The notes under the pieces are model-generated. The model worked only from the letters and a program-made list of their open reading frames with translations, was not told the DNA's origin and searched no databases. A stretch of DNA of 64,000 nt from Camelus dromedarius (Eukaryota), in contig NC_087437.1 in assembly GCF_036321535.1 (NCBI RefSeq), positions 83,144,001 through 83,208,000 on the forward strand. Direction: 5' to 3'. The position numbers and the translations under genes were made by a program. Positions 26,701 through 40,406 of this stretch are shown here, in pieces (the stretch's first letter is position 1; each line of letters starts with the position of its first letter).

Positions 26701-29700
26701 ATATCTACGGGGCATTATATTCCCAACAGCAGAATACACATTGTTTTCAAGTGCACATGGAATATTCTCTAGGATCAGACACACAGTAGGCCATAAAATA
26801 AGTCTCAAGAAATCTGAGAGGACAGAAATTATAACAAGCTTTCTTTCCAACCATAATGATATGAATCTAGAAATCAATTACAGGAAGAAAAATGAGAAAA
26901 ACAAAATACACGGAGACTGAAAAACATGCTGCTAAGAAAACAATGCACCAATCAAGAAATCAAAAAGGAAATTTTTTAAAACCTAGGAAAAAATTAAATA
27001 AAAACACAACTTTCCAAGATCTCTAGCACACAGTGAAAGAATTTCTAAGATGGAAATTTGTAATAATACAGGCCTACCTCAAGAAACAAGAAAAATTTCA
27101 AGAAAACAACCTCAAATACTGAAAATCTAAAGCAATTAGAAGAAGGAGAGAAAACAGAGCCCAAAGTCAGCAGACAGAGGCAAATAATCAAGATCAGACA
27201 GGAAATAAATAAAATAGGGATCAAAAAAGCCCAATAAAGACCAAAGAAACCAAGAGCTGTTTTCTTGAAAAAGCACAAAATTGGTAAAACTTTAGTTAAG
27301 CTGACAGAAAAAAAAAGAGAGAGAGCATACCCAAATAAGCAAAATAAGAAATTAAAGTGGAGAAACTAAAGCAAATATCACAGAAATACAATAAAATCAT
27401 AAGAAAGTGTTAAGAATAGTTATATGCTAACAAATTGGACAACTTAGAAGATATAAATAAATTTCTAGAAGCAAATAATCTACCAAGACTCAATCAAGAA
27501 GAAATACACAGTCTGAACAGATAGATCAATAGAAGTGAAATTGAACTTGTAATTAAAAAAAAAAAAAAGCAGCTCCAAGCAAACAAAAGTCCAGAATTGG
27601 AGGGCTTTACAGAGGAATTCTACCAAACATATATAAAGAAGAGGTAATACTTATTCTTCTCAAACTATTCCAGAAGTTTAAAGTGGAGGGAGTACTCCCA
27701 AATTCATTCTATGAGGTCACCATTTCCCTGATATCAAAACCAGACAAAGACCCTACAGAGAAAGAAAATTACAGACCAATATGTCCTGTGAATATAGATG
27801 CAAAAATCTGCAAAATATTAGCAAACCAAATTCAACAATATATAAAAAGGATCATATACTATGAAAAAGTGGGATTTATGAGGGATGCAAGGATGGTATC
27901 TGTAAATCAATTTGATACCTCATGTTAAGAAAATGAAGGATAAAAATTACATGATCATCTCAATAGATGCAGAAGAAATCATTTGACAAAATTCAACATC
28001 CATTTGTGATAAAAACTCATCAAAGTTAGCATAGAAAGAACATACCTCAACATCATAAAGGCCATATATGACAAACCCACAGATAATATCATATTCATTG
28101 GTGTAAAGCTGAAAGCCTTTCCTTTAAATTTAGGAAAAAGGCGAAGAATGCCCACTCTCACCACTTCTAGTTAACATAGTATTGGAAGTCCTAGCCACAG
28201 CAATCAGAGAAGAAAAAGAAATAAAAGGCATCCGGATAGGAAAGGAAGAAGTAAAACTGTCACTATTTGCAGATGACATGATACTATATGGAAAAAAAAA
28301 AAGTCTTCACCAAAAATCTATTAGAACTAGTAAATGAATTCAGCGATGTTGGAGGATACAAGTTTAATGTATAGAAACTGGATGCTTTTCTAACACTAAT
28401 AACAAACTATCAGAGGAAGTAAAAAAAAAAAATCTTATTTAAAATCACATCAAAAATAATAAACATAATCAAGGATGTCAAAGATCTATACTCTAAAAAC
28501 TATTAAACATTGTTGAAAGAAATTGTAGATGATTCAGACAAGTGGAATGATATCCTGTGTTCATGGATAGGAAGAATTAACATTGTTAAAGTGGCCATAC
28601 TACCCAAAGCAAACTACAGATTTAATCTCTATTAAAATACTGATGAGATATCTCACAGTAATAGGACATATAATCATAAAATGTATTGGAACTGAAAAGA
28701 CCCTGAATAGCCAAAGCAATCTTAAGAAAAGAGAACAAAGTTGGAAGTATCAAACTCCCTGACTTCAGACTACACTATAAAGCTACAGTACTCAAGATAG
28801 TGTGGTCTGGCACAAAAATAGACACATAGATCAATGGATCTATGAGCAAAATAAATTAGAGCCCAAAATAAACCCACACACTTATGGTAAAATAATCTAT
28901 GAAAAACAAGGCAAGAATACACAGGATATAAATAGTCTTTTCAGGTAGTGGTGCTGGGAAAACTGGAAAGCTACATGTATAAGAAATTAGAACATTTTTT
29001 CACACCATATACAAAAATAAACTGAAAGTGGATTAAAGGCCTAAATGTAAAACTGGAAACCATAAAACTTCTGGAAGATAACACAGAAAGAATGCTCTTG
29101 TACATAGATCATAGCAATATATTTTTGGGTCTGTCTTCTCAGGCAAAGGAAACAAAAGAAAAAATAAACACATGGTACCTAATTAAACTTAAAAGCTTTT
29201 ACATAGCAAAGCAGTCAACAAAACAAAAGACAATTTACTGAGTGAAAGAATATATTTGTAAGTGATATGCTGGTAAAAATTTGATATGCAGAATATATAA
29301 ATAGCTCATAAAACTCAACAACAACAGCAACAGCAAAACAACACAGTTAAAAAAATGGGCAAAAGGTATGAATGGACAATTTTTCAAAGATGGTGTACAA
29401 ATGGCCAGGAAGCACTAGAAAATATGCTCAGTATCACTAATTACCAGGAAATGCAGTTCAAAACCACAATGAGATATCACCTCACACCTGTCAGAATGCT
29501 GTCATCAAAAAGTCTACAAATAATAAATGTTGGTAAGGATGAGGAGAAAAGGGAAGCTTTGTACATTATTGGTGTGAATGTAAATTGGTGTAGCTGCTAT
29601 GGAAAACGGTATGGAGAGTCCTCAAAAAACTAAAAATAGAACTACCATATGATCGAGCAATTCAACTTCTGGGTATGTATCTGAGAAAAACACAAATACT

Positions 29701-29810
29701 AATTAGAAAAGCTCTGTGTACTCCAATGTTCATAGCAGCATTATTTACAGTAGCCAAGATACGGAAGCCTCTTAAGTGCCCATCCACATATGAATGGTTA
29801 AAAGGGTGTG

Positions 29811-29861
<51 letters not shown>

Positions 29862-30278
29862 CATACATACAATGGAGTATTACTCAGCTACAAAGGGGAA
29901 TGAAATTCTGCCTTTTGCAACATGGATGGACCTAGAGGATATTATACTTAGTGAAATAAGCCAGACAGAGAAAGAGAGATACTGTATGTTACCAGTTATA
30001 TGTGGAATCTAATAAATAAACACATGAATATAACAAAATATAAACAGATTCACAGATGCAGAGATCAAACTGTGGTTACCAGTGGGAAGAAGTAAGTGGA
30101 TAAAGATTAAGAGATACAAACTACTGTGTATAAAAGAGGTAAGCTTCAAGGATACATTGTACAACACAGGGATATTTTATAACAACTTTAAATGGTGCAT
30201 AATCTAAAAAATATTTAATATGTTGTATCATGAAACTAATATAATATTGTAAATTAAATATAATTAAAAAGTAAAAAA
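23742..30278 (+). mobile_element. near full-length decayed LINE-1 (~6.5 kb)
   Basis: 5'UTR from GATTAAGATAG; ORF1 (KGTPISLSANFSAETLQVRRKW); ORF2 EN (GSIQEEDITLVNIYA); RT ([22 protein letters not shown]); 3'UTR and A-rich tail. Confidence 0.9.
29813..29858. repeat. (TG)n microsatellite
   Basis: About 23 uninterrupted TG units. Confidence 0.95.
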
Positions 30279-30510
30279 GAGTATGATTGTATGGAAAATT
30301 AGCAAGGTGATACATCTCACACAAATAATAAAGCATATACCTAATAATTAAAAGAAATGATGCATTAGAAATAATGTTTAAAATTATGATCCAAGAAAAA
30401 TTTGGAGAATAACTGACTTTAATATACATTTTAAAACATACTGGTGATAATTGTTCTAGGAAATGAAGCTCTAAGATATGTCCTAGTAAATGTAAAAGTC
30501 ATAGTCTTCA

Positions 30511-30612
30511 GGGTGGGTGTAGCTCAGTGCTAGAGCACATGCTTAACATGGAAGAGGTCCTGAATTCAATTCCCACTACCTCCATTAAAAAAAATTACAA
30601 ATAACCTAAAGC
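30511..30612 (+). mobile_element. tRNA-derived SINE, camelid vic-1 type
   Basis: GGGTGGGTGTAGCTCAGTGCTAGAGCACATGCTTAACATGGAAGAGGTCCTGAATTCAATTCCCACTACCTCC plus A-tail. TSD AAAAGT(C/A)ATAGTCT(T/C)CA at 30494-30510 and 30613-30629. Confidence 0.88.
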
Positions 30613-30859
30613 AAAAGTAATAGTCTCCAAGTTAAGGAAAAATGATCTGTACTTCCACATAAGTTGGAAAGAGATTGTCTGTAAAAAGACAATCTCAATT
30701 CTAAAGAAAGGAAATCAGGGCACAAAGTGTATGTGTGTGTCTGAGTATATAAGTTTTTTTGTATGCTACAATTTGTGTAAGAAATATTTTCTTATGTTTG
30801 AAAACAATTGAAGGAAATATAGACTAGAATCTAGTGAACTAGTCTTACAGGGAGGGCCC

Positions 30860-31200
30860 CTCTGGAAAAATGTCTGATTCCCACTCTAAGGCAGGAAGTG
30901 CACAAGATTACCCTAAACATCTTATACTAGAGAATGAGAAATGTATCAGAGGCTGCTGCGGTCATATCAGAAGGACTCAGGGCTCATACTGAAAATTTTG
31001 AGTTCAATTCCTACTAGCTAAAGATGAGACAACTTTGGCATCAAAATGGATAGGAAGTATAATGGATTTCTGCTGATGAAACACTTTAAAATCTGTGAGT
31101 TCATGATGATTCTTCTAATATGTTAATGACTTTTATAGGATGCTAGGAGAACAACTTAATCTGAAAAATGGTAATTAAGTTTATTTATTCTGTTTTTTTC
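30860..31200 (+). mobile_element. old L1 3'UTR fragment (L1MC4/5-like)
   Basis: CTAAAGATGAGACAACTTTGGCATC...AAAATCTGTGAGTTCATGATGAT resembles recalled L1MC 3'UTR consensus. Confidence 0.55.
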
Positions 31201-31274
31201 TATGTGAATTGTGTCTGTTTTGTTCTTTCAGGTTTGTCTTTGTTGAAGTAAAGCTTTGAATGTTTAAGTCTGAA

Positions 31275-31490
31275 AGAAATTAAGAGGAGAGAGAGAGAGG
31301 AGAGAGGGAGTCCGGAAATGAGGAGGGGAGAGGTGGTAGGTACATGAATAGGGGAAAGGAAGAGGAGTCATGGAAAGGGGAGGGAAGGATGGAAGTAAAA
31401 GAAAGAGAGGAAAAGAGAGGGAAAGGAATGAACAAGTAAAGGAGGGAAATGGGAAGGGATGGAAGAGGGAAGGAATAAGAAATAAAAAAT
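31275..31490. repeat. GA-rich low-complexity tract
   Basis: Mostly purine runs on the + strand (GAGGAGAGAGAGAGG, GGAAAGGGGAGGGAAGG). Confidence 0.85.
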
Positions 31491-31539
31491 TTTTAAAAAG
31501 AGATAAATAAAAGAGAGCCAAGCAGGCAAGTAGGAAAGA

Positions 31540-32130
31540 AAAAATAATCTACTATTATGTAAAAAAATAAGTGAAAGAAAAAACATGAAAAGATACTTTT
31601 TCTGATATTTTATGACACCAGTGATAAATAAAACTAAAAGTTTCCAGAGAGACGACAAAGAAATGGGAACCAAAATTACATTTAATTTCTCAAAAGCAAC
31701 ACTGTTTACGAGAATGTAAAGGAATGCCTTTAGTGTTACAAAGGAAACTTACTTCAAATATAGGATTCTACAGAAACCAAACAATTAATCTTGTGTGAGG
31801 AAAGAACAAAGATTATTTCCAACACATCTTGATTTCAAATTTTGACTCGCAATGAGACAGTCAAGATTCAGAAGCAAAATGAGAGCCTGAACCATGAAGG
31901 GCAGTATAGGGAGCTTGGAGGCAGAGTATAAGACACCAGGAATAAGTAAAGGGAATTGTCAGCAGGACAGCTGAACACTGGGGTTAGAGAACCACCTCTC
32001 CAGTCTAGCGCAGGAGGATATCAGGCACCAGGAAAAGGTCTTTAGGATAAAAAAAAGCAAAAGCTTATTTAATGGAGTTGAGTTCCAATTGAGGAAATGG
32101 TTAATAATTTTTCTTAAATTTGGTCCATTA
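31540..32130 (+). mobile_element. HAL1-like / very old L1 ORF1 remnant
   Basis: AATTTCTCAAAAGCAACACTG...GGAATGCCTTTAGTG...ATAGGATTCTAC resembles ORF1 DFSxATL...NAF...RILY; related fragments flank the 23.7-30.3 kb L1. Confidence 0.45.
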
Positions 32131-32134
32131 AACT

Positions 32135-33145
32135 TTCTTTTAATTGAAGTATTCTGTTACAATGTGTCAATTTCTAGTGATCAACATAATGTCTCAGTCA
32201 CACATATACACAAATATATTCATTTTCACATTCTTTTTCATTATAGGTTACTACAAGATATTGAGTATATTTCTCTGTGCTATACAGAAGAAATTTATTT
32301 TTTATCCATTTTTATATATAGCAGTATTTGCAAATCTCGAACTCCCAATTTATCCCTCCCAATCCCCTTTCCCCTGGTAGCCATAAGATTGGTTACTATG
32401 TCTCTGGGTCTCTTTCTGTTTTGTAGATGAGTTCATTAGTGTCTTTTTTATTTTTTTTTTAGATGCCACATATGAGTGATATCATATGGTATTTTTCTTT
32501 CTCTTTCTGACTTAATTCACTTAGAATGATGATCTCCAAGTCCATCCATGTTGCTGCAAATGGCATTATTTTATTATTTTTTTATGGCTGAGTAGTATCC
32601 CATTGTATAAACATACCACATCTTCTTTATCCAGTCATTTGTTGATGGACATTTAGGTTGTTTTCATGTCTTGGCTATTGTAAATGGTGCTGCTATGAAC
32701 ATTGGGCTGCATGTATCTTTTTGAATTAGAATTCCCTCCAGGTATATGCCCAGGAGTGGGATTGCTGGATCATATGGTAAGTCTGTTTCTAGTTTTTTGA
32801 GAATCTTAATACTGTTTTACATGATGTCTACACCAAACTGCATTCCCACCAACAGTGTAGGAGGGTACCCTTTTTTCTACACCCTTTCTAGCATTTATCA
32901 TTTGTGGACTTCTGAATGATGGCCATTCTGACTGGTGTGAGGTGATACCTCACTGTAGTTTTGATTTGCATTTCTCTGATAACTAGTGATACTGAACATT
33001 TTTCCATGTGCCTATTGACCCTTGTATGTCTTTATTGGAGAATTGCTTGTTCAGGTCCTCTGCCCATTTTTGGATTGGGTTGGTTTTTTTTTTTTTTTTT
33101 TTTGCTGTTAAGTTGTATGACTGTTTGTATATTCTGGAAATTACT
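32135..33145 (-). mobile_element. 5'-truncated young LINE-1 3' end (~1 kb)
   Basis: Antisense 3'UTR and ORF2 C-terminus (GGTGTGAGGTGATACCTCACTGTAGTTTTGATTTGCATTTC). Confidence 0.9.
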
Positions 33146-33364
33146 ACAAGGATGAGAGAAATGATGAGGTATTTAAATAAACAGATAAATGTTCATTAAC
33201 TATAGCTTAGAGTTGGTTAATATGTGTACAACTGATACTAAGAAATACAACGTTAAATTTTCATAAAAACAGCTAAAAAAGAAAAAGTTGTTTACCTGAA
33301 ATGCAAATGTCATGATGAGAAAACCACCCACTTTAGAATATACATCTTAGTACTATTTTAAATA

Positions 33365-33860
33365 ATGGATTCTGAAGGAAAGTTATAAAGATATATAAGG
33401 ACAACAGTGAGAGAGATCAGTCAAAGCTATTGATATTATTCAGGTGAGAGATGATGGCAGAATGGGATTGTATGAATTAGTGTAAATGGAGAGATATGGG
33501 AACATTTCAGATATTTCAGAGACAGTTGACAGTCCTGTGAAAGTTTGGATAGAAAAGCATTAGAAGAAAAGGATTTGCTTCTCATTTCCTCCTTGCACAA
33601 CTGGTTGGAAGAAGCTATCATCAAAATGGAGAAGACTGAGGAAAACCATTTTTGTTAGAAAATTTTAAAGTTGCTTTTTGATAATGTTAAATTTGAGATG
33701 TCTTTGAGGCATTCAAGTAATTGTGTTCTGCTTGGCACTTGGATACGTGAATATAGAGATTGGGGAAGATGTCAGAGCTGGAATCATCTTCATATTGATG
33801 CTTATAAAAGTCATAAAAATGGATTGAGTCACATAAAAAGAAAGAATAGGAAGAGCAGAA
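33365..33860 (-). mobile_element. LINE-2 fragment
   Basis: CAGGTGAGAGATGATGG and TGTTAAATTTGAGATGTCTTTGAGGCATTCAAGT, typical L2 antisense motifs. Confidence 0.7.
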
Positions 33861-33994
33861 TTGAGATTCTTACAGCTGATTCTCATAGTGTCCTAACTTA
33901 TAGACTGGATAAAGACAGAAGAGTCTTCCCCAATTATAATACTTATTACTATTTAGTTTACTGACTTTTAAAATTTCTCTTTTCCCTACTAGAA

Positions 33995-35070
33995 TGTAAG
34001 TGTATAGTTTGGGTTGATTTACAATGTTGTGTTAGTTTCAGGTGTACAGCAAAGTGATTCAGTTATATATACATACATGTACTCTTTTTAGATTTTTTTT
34101 CCATTATAGTTTATTACAAGTTGTTGAATAAGCCTAGGACTTTTAAAAATATTAATTCTTCTAGTCCATGAGCCCAGGGCATCTTTCCATTTATTTGTGT
34201 CTTTTTAAAATTGTTTTCATCAGTTTCTTATAGTTTATAGTTTGTAGTTCTTTCACTTTCTTGCTTTAATATATTCCTATGTATTTTATTCTATTTGATG
34301 CATTTGCAAATGAGATTTATTTCTTAATTTCTCTGTTATTAGTGCATAGAAATGTAATTGATTTTTGTATATTGATTTTGTATTGTCAGCTTTACTGAAT
34401 TGTCTTTTAATTCTAACAGTTTGGGGATGGAATCTTTTAGGTTTTCTAGATGTAATACTATTTTATCTGCAAATAATGCCATTTTATACTTCTCTTCAGA
34501 TTTGGAACCTTTTATTTCTTTTTATTCTCTAATTGCTCTGGCTAGGATTTCTATTACTGTGATCAATGCAGTAATGTTAGAGGAAAAACTTTGGATTTTT
34601 GCTGTTTAATGTCGTTAGCTGTGGGCTTATCATATATGACCTTTCATTATATTGAGGCACATTCCATCTATACCACCTTGTTTAGAGTTTTTAATCATAA
34701 ATGGGTTTTGAATTTTGTTAAGTGCTTTTTCTACATCCACTGAGGTTATTATTTTGTAATTATCCTTTGTTATTTTAATGTGGTTTATCACACTGGTCAG
34801 TTTGTGGATGTAGAACCACCTTTGCATCCCTTGAATGTATCCCACTTGTTCATTTTGTATGATCCTTTTAATGTATTATTGAATTAAATTTGCTAATATA
34901 TTTTGAGGATTTTTCATTTGTGTTCATCAGGAATATGAACCTGTTACTATCTTTTCTTGTGCAGTTTTTGTTCATTTTTGGTTGAGAGAATTGTTGGCCT
35001 TGTAAAATAAGTTTGGAAATGTTCCCTCCTCTTCTGTTTTTGGAAGAGTTTGAGAAGTATTGGTATTATT
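33995..35070 (-). mobile_element. LINE-1 tail plus ORF2 fragment
   Basis: Short 3' tail (GGTGTACAGCAAAGTGATTCAG) followed by antisense RT region (DVEKALNKIQNPFMIK). Confidence 0.8.
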
Positions 35071-38000
35071 TATTACATTATGTTTATATTTTATTGAAAT
35101 ATAGTTGATTTATGGTATTATATTAGCATCAATCATACACATAGTGGTTCAGTATTTTTACAGATAATTCATTAAAAGTATTACAATATGACTGAAAGTC
35201 CCTGTGTTATACAGTACATCTTTGTTGCTTATCTATTTTATACTTAGTAGTTTGTGTCTCTTAAACTCACACCCTTAATTTGCCCCTCACACCTTCCCAC
35301 TCTACTTTGGTAACCACTAGTTTATTTTCTGAATTTGCTTCTGTTTTGCACATACATTTGTTTGTGTTATTTTTTAGATTCCACATAAAAGTGATATCAC
35401 ATAGTATTTGTCTTTCTCTGTCTGACTTATTTCACAAAGCATAATATTCTCTAGGTCCATCATGTTGCAGAATTTCATACTTTTTTATGGGTAATATTCC
35501 ACTATGTGTATGTGTGTGTGTACGTACACACACATGTATACCAATCTTCTTCATCAGTTAGTCTATTGATGGGCACATGGGTTTCTTCCATATTTTGTCT
35601 GTTGTAAGTAGTGATCCTATGAACACCTGGGTATGTGTAACTTTTTGAATTAGTGTTTGTGTTTTCTTTGGATCTATACCCAGACTGGAATTTCTGGATC
35701 ACATGGTAGTTCTATTTTTAGTTTTTTGAGGAACTTCCATACTGTTTTCCATAGTGGCAGTTAGAAAATTTTAAAGTTGATATTTGACTAATTTTTGATG
35801 ATAGCTCTTATGCTGAATATGAAGTGATATCTCATTGTTTTTATTTGAATTTTTCTAATAATTAATGACGTTGTGCTTTTTTTCATTTGCCTGTTAGCCA
35901 GCAGTATGTCTTTTGAAAAAATATGTATTCCATCCAGTCTTCTGCACAAGTTTTGAATAGGTTGGGTTTTTTTTTTAATATTGATTTGTATGTGTTGTTT
36001 ATATAGTTTGGATATTAACCCCTTGTTGGTCATATATTTGCTAATGTTTTCTCTCATTTCATAGGTGTCTTTTCATTTTATCAACTGTTCTCTTTGCTGA
36101 GCAAAAAAGCTTTTAAGTTTAACTAGGTCCTATTTGTTTATTTTTGTTTTTATTTCTTTTGACTTAGGAGAGAGATCCAAAAAAATACCATTCTAATTTA
36201 TATCAAAGAATGTTTTACCTGTGTTCTCCTCTAAGGATTTTACATTTCAGGTCTTATATTTAGGTCTTTAAACTATTTTGAGTTTATTTTTGTATATGGT
36301 ATGAGGGAAAGTTCTAATTTCAGTTTTACCAGTGGCTATCCAGTTTTCCCAGCATCACTTGTTGAAGAGACTATCTTTTCTCCATTCTATATTCTTGCCT
36401 CCTTTGTTGTACATTAGTGAGCCACAGTTGCACAAGTTTATTTCCGGGTTTTCTATTTTGTTTCATTGATCAGTGTGTCTATTTTTGTGTCACTATCACA
36501 CTGTTTTGTTTAACTTGGTAGTATTGTCTGAAGCCTGGGAAGTTCCAGCTTTGTTCTTTTTTTCTCAGGATTTCCTTGACAATTTGGAGTCTTTGTGGTT
36601 CTATGTAAATTTTAGGATTATTTGCTCTAGTTCTGTGAAAAACGTTGTGGCTATTTTGATATGGAATTCATTAAACATGTAGTTTGCATTGGGTAACATG
36701 GCCATTTTATCAGTATTAATTCTTCCAATGCAAAAGTACCGGATAACTTTCCACTTCTTTGAATCAGTGTTTTATACTTTTCATAATGTAGGTATTTCCC
36801 TCCCTTGGTTAAATTTATTCCTAGGTATTCTTTTTGCTGTGGCTTTTGAACAGAATTTTAAAAAACTTTTTTCTTGATATATAAGTATTAGTGCATAGAA
36901 AAGCAACCTATTGCTATATATTAATTTTGTATCCTCCAATATTGCTTAATTCATTTATTAGTTCTAATCTTTTTTTGGTGGAGACATTGAGTTTTCTATA
37001 TATAATATCATGTCATCTATATATAGTGACAGTTTTACTTCTTTCTTTCCATTTGGATGCCTTTTTATTTCTTTTTCTTGTCTCATTGCTGTGGCTAGGA
37101 TGTTCAATATTATGTTCAATAGAATTGGTGAGAGTGTGCATCATTGTCTTGTTCCTGAATTTGGAAGAAAGACTTTCAGCATTTCACCATTGAGTACAAT
37201 GTTATCTCTGAGTTTGACATAAATGGTCTTCACTCTGTTGAGTATGTCCCCTCTTTGCCCACTTAGATGAGAGTTTTTACCATAAATATATGTTGAATCT
37301 TGTTAAATGCTTTTTCTGCATCTATTGAGATGGTCATGTGATTTTTACCCTTCCTTTTGTTATGTATCACAAAAAGTGGTGTATCACAGTGACTGATTTG
37401 CCAATGTTGAAACATGCTTGTGACACTAGAAAAAATCCAAATTGATAATGGCATATGAACCTTTTTATATATTGTTGAATTTTGTTTTCTAATATTTTAC
37501 TTTACTTTACTTTTTATTTTTATATCTATATTCATCAAAGATATTTGCCTATAATTTTCTTTTTTTTTTTTGTAATGTCTTTGGTTTTGATATCAGGGTA
37601 ATGGTCACTTCGTATAGTGAATTTGGGAGTATCCCTTCCATTTGAATTGTTTGGAATAGTTTGAGGAAGATAAATACTAATTTTTCCCTCTATTTTTCGC
37701 ATTATTCCTCTGTGAAGCCATGTGGTCTTGAACTTTTGTTTGCTGAGAGGTTTTTTTTTTTTTAATTACAAATTCTGTTTTACCAAGAGTGATCAGTCTG
37801 TTCAAATTGTGTTTCTTTTTGATTCAGTCTTAGCAGTTTATATTTCTAGAAATTTGTCCATTTATTCCAGGTTGTCCTGCTTGTGGGCATAAATCTGTTC
37901 ATAGTGTTTTCTTATGACTTTTTTTTGTAAAAAAACATCCTCTGTGGTATTGGTTGTAACTTCTTTTTCTTTTTTTATTTTGTTTGTTTGGGCCTTCTTT

Positions 38001-38812
38001 CTTTTCTTCACAGGTGAATGTAGCTGAAGGTTTTTCAACTATCTGTTCAAAAAACTACCTTTTGATTTTGTTACTCTTTTCTATTGTATTTTGATGTCTA
38101 TTTTATTTAGTTCCTCTCTAATCTTCATTATTTCCTTCCTTCTACTGACTTTAGGCTTCAATTGATCTTATTTTCTAATTCTTTTAAGTGTTAGGCTAGG
38201 TTGTTTAGTTAAATTTTTGTTTGTTTGTTTGTTTCTTGAGGTAGACTTTTATTGCTATAAACCTCCCTCTTAGAACAGCTTTTGCTGCATCCCATAGGTT
38301 TTGGCATGTTGTGCCTCCATTTTCATTTGTCTCAAGGTATTTTTCTAATTTCCTTATTGATTTCTTCATTGGCTCTTTTTTTTTTTTTTCAGTAGCATGT
38401 GGTTTAGTCGTCCCATGTTTTTTCTTTTATTGTTTTTCTTTCTATAATTGATTTCTAGTTTTACACCATTGTGGCCAGGAAAAATGCTTGATACAATTTC
38501 TATCCTCTTAAATTTGTTGAGACTTGTTTTGTAGCCTACCATGTGATGTATCCTGGAGAACATTCAAAGTACACCTCAAAGAATGTTTATTCAGCTCTTT
38601 TTGGATGTAATGCCCTGTAGATTTCTATTAAGTCTAATTGAGCTATTGTGCCATTTAAGAGCAGAATTGCTTTAATGACTCTCTTTGCATCATCTGTCCA
38701 TTGATGTAAGTAGGGTGTTAAAAACCCCTACTCTTATTGTGTAAATATCAGCTTCTTCTGTTAGAATATTCTTCATATATTTACATGATCCTGTATTGGG
38801 TACATATATGTT

Positions 38813-39169
38813 TATATTTTTTTTTAATTGAAATATAGTCAGTTTACAATGTTGTGTCAATTTCAGGTGTACAGCATAATGTTTCAGTCATACATGAACA
38901 TACATATATTTGTTTTCATATTTTTTATCATAAGTTATTACAAGATATTGAATATAGTTCCCTGAGCTATCCAGTATGAACTTATTTATCTATTTTATAT
39001 AGTTAGTGTATGCAAATCTCAAACCTCCAATTTATCCCTTCCCACCTCCTTCCCTCCTGGTAACCATAAGTTTGTTTTCTATGTCTGTGGGTCTGTTTCT
39101 GTTTTGTAAGTAAGTTCGATTGTCTTTTTGTTAGATTCCACATATAAGTATTTTTCTTTCTCTTTCTGG
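38813..39169 (-). mobile_element. 5'-truncated young L1 tail nested in an L1
   Basis: 16-bp TSD TGGGT(A/G)CATATATGTT at 38797-38812 and 39170-39185; poly-T followed by 3'UTR. Confidence 0.9.
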
Positions 39170-39566
39170 TGGGTGCATATATGTTAATGAATGTACTATT
39201 CTCTTCCTATATTGATTCTTTTGTCATTATATAATGCTCTTCTTTGTGTTGTTATAGGCTTTGTATTAAAGTGTGTCTGATATGAGTATTGCTATTCCTG
39301 CTTTCTTGTCATTTCCACTTGTATGAATTATCATTTTCCATCCTCCCACTTTCAGTCTGGTGTGTCTTTACCCCTGAAGTGAGTCTTTTAAAGGCTGCAT
39401 GTGAACAGTCTTGTTTTTTATCCAATCAGCCATTCTATGTCTTTGATTGGAGCATTGATGTTTAAAGTAATTATTAATAGATATGCACTTTTTGCTATTT
39501 TGTAATTTTTTTCAAGTTGTTTTTGTAGTTCTCTATTTGTTCTTTTTCTTTCTTCTCTTGTGGTTT

Positions 39567-39953
39567 TGAGAAGGAAAAGATAGGCTCAACTAGCAAGCTT
39601 ACTGTAAATCTAAGTGTAACAAGTGTTGGTTTGCTGATTCCCTGCTCATGTTTTATTTTATTTTATTTTTGCTAGCCAGCTGGATTTTCAAAGAGACATA
39701 TCTGGCCTTGAAATGTTGGTTTGCTGCCTCCCTGCCTCTATTTTTGTGATAATGATGCTGCTAAAGCTATTCCATGCCTATTGGCCAAATACCCCAAGCT
39801 TGTAATTAACCCTATAAAACTTTATGCACATGTCTTGGAGGTGCTTAGAGCATTGGAGCAGAAGCCCCTCTGAGCCTGCCGGCATAATAAATCTGAGTAC
39901 TCCAACCCTCTGAGTGGTGCTTGTTTCTTGGCTGACCTGTCGTTTCCATAACA
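39567..39953 (+). repeat. 5' LTR (387 bp)
   Basis: TGAGAAGG...ATAACA; ATTGG (reverse CCAAT) at 39780; TATAAAA at 39813-39819; AATAAA at 39886-39891. Confidence 0.97.
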
Positions 39954-39957
39954 TTTC

Positions 39958-39975
39958 TGGAGGCCCCAGCAAGAG
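39958..39975 (+). promoter_or_regulatory. primer binding site, tRNA-Thr(UGU)
   Basis: TGGAGGCCCCAGCAAGAG versus the complement of the tRNA-Thr(UGU) 3' end TGGAGGCCCCAGCGAGA; one CpG-type change. Confidence 0.8.
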
Positions 39976-40197
39976 TCAACCATGCCAGCCCCTTGAACCG
40001 CTGGGCTCGTGGCTCTGACCAACCGGGAGACAGGACTCCGGCAGCAAACGAAGTTGTGCCGCCCGACGGTATTCTGGGTTCTCTTTTGTGACGTCGACTT
40101 GGCCCCCCTTGGGTGGCTGGGCTACAACCAGAGCCAGACTCGGTGGAGGGACAGACTCACCAGGTGTTCATCTGGACAAGGTAGGAACCCCTGGGGA

Positions 40198-40333
40198 GAA
40201 ATCAGGTCCTGTCCCAGTGGACAGAAGAGGAGGCTGATCCCCTCCCACAGGCTTCCTGTCTGACGGTATTCCAGATGGGGAAATCAGGTCCTGTCCCAGT
40301 GGACAAAAGAGGAGGCTGATCCCCTCCTACAGG
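40198..40333 (+). repeat. 54-bp direct repeat pair in the ERV leader
   Basis: 40198-40251 and 40280-40333, 2 mismatches; just after the candidate major splice donor AAG|GTAGGA (GT at 40181). Confidence 0.9.
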
Positions 40334-40376
40334 AAACAGGATATTGGGATTGGTGGGAGGACTGTTGTTAACCTCT

Positions 40377-40406
40377 GTGTGTGTGTGTGTGTGTGTTTGT
40401 GTGTGT
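40377..40406. repeat. (TG)n in the ERV leader
   Basis: Interrupted TG run. Confidence 0.9.

Noticed and set aside
31264..31673. Pro/Ser/Phe-rich ORFs and possible H-DNA at the purine tract
   Set aside because: Translation of low-complexity sequence; no long mirror symmetry.
40198..40333. Repeat-spacer-repeat pattern as CRISPR-like
   Set aside because: Only two units, inside a mammalian retroviral leader; no cas genes.
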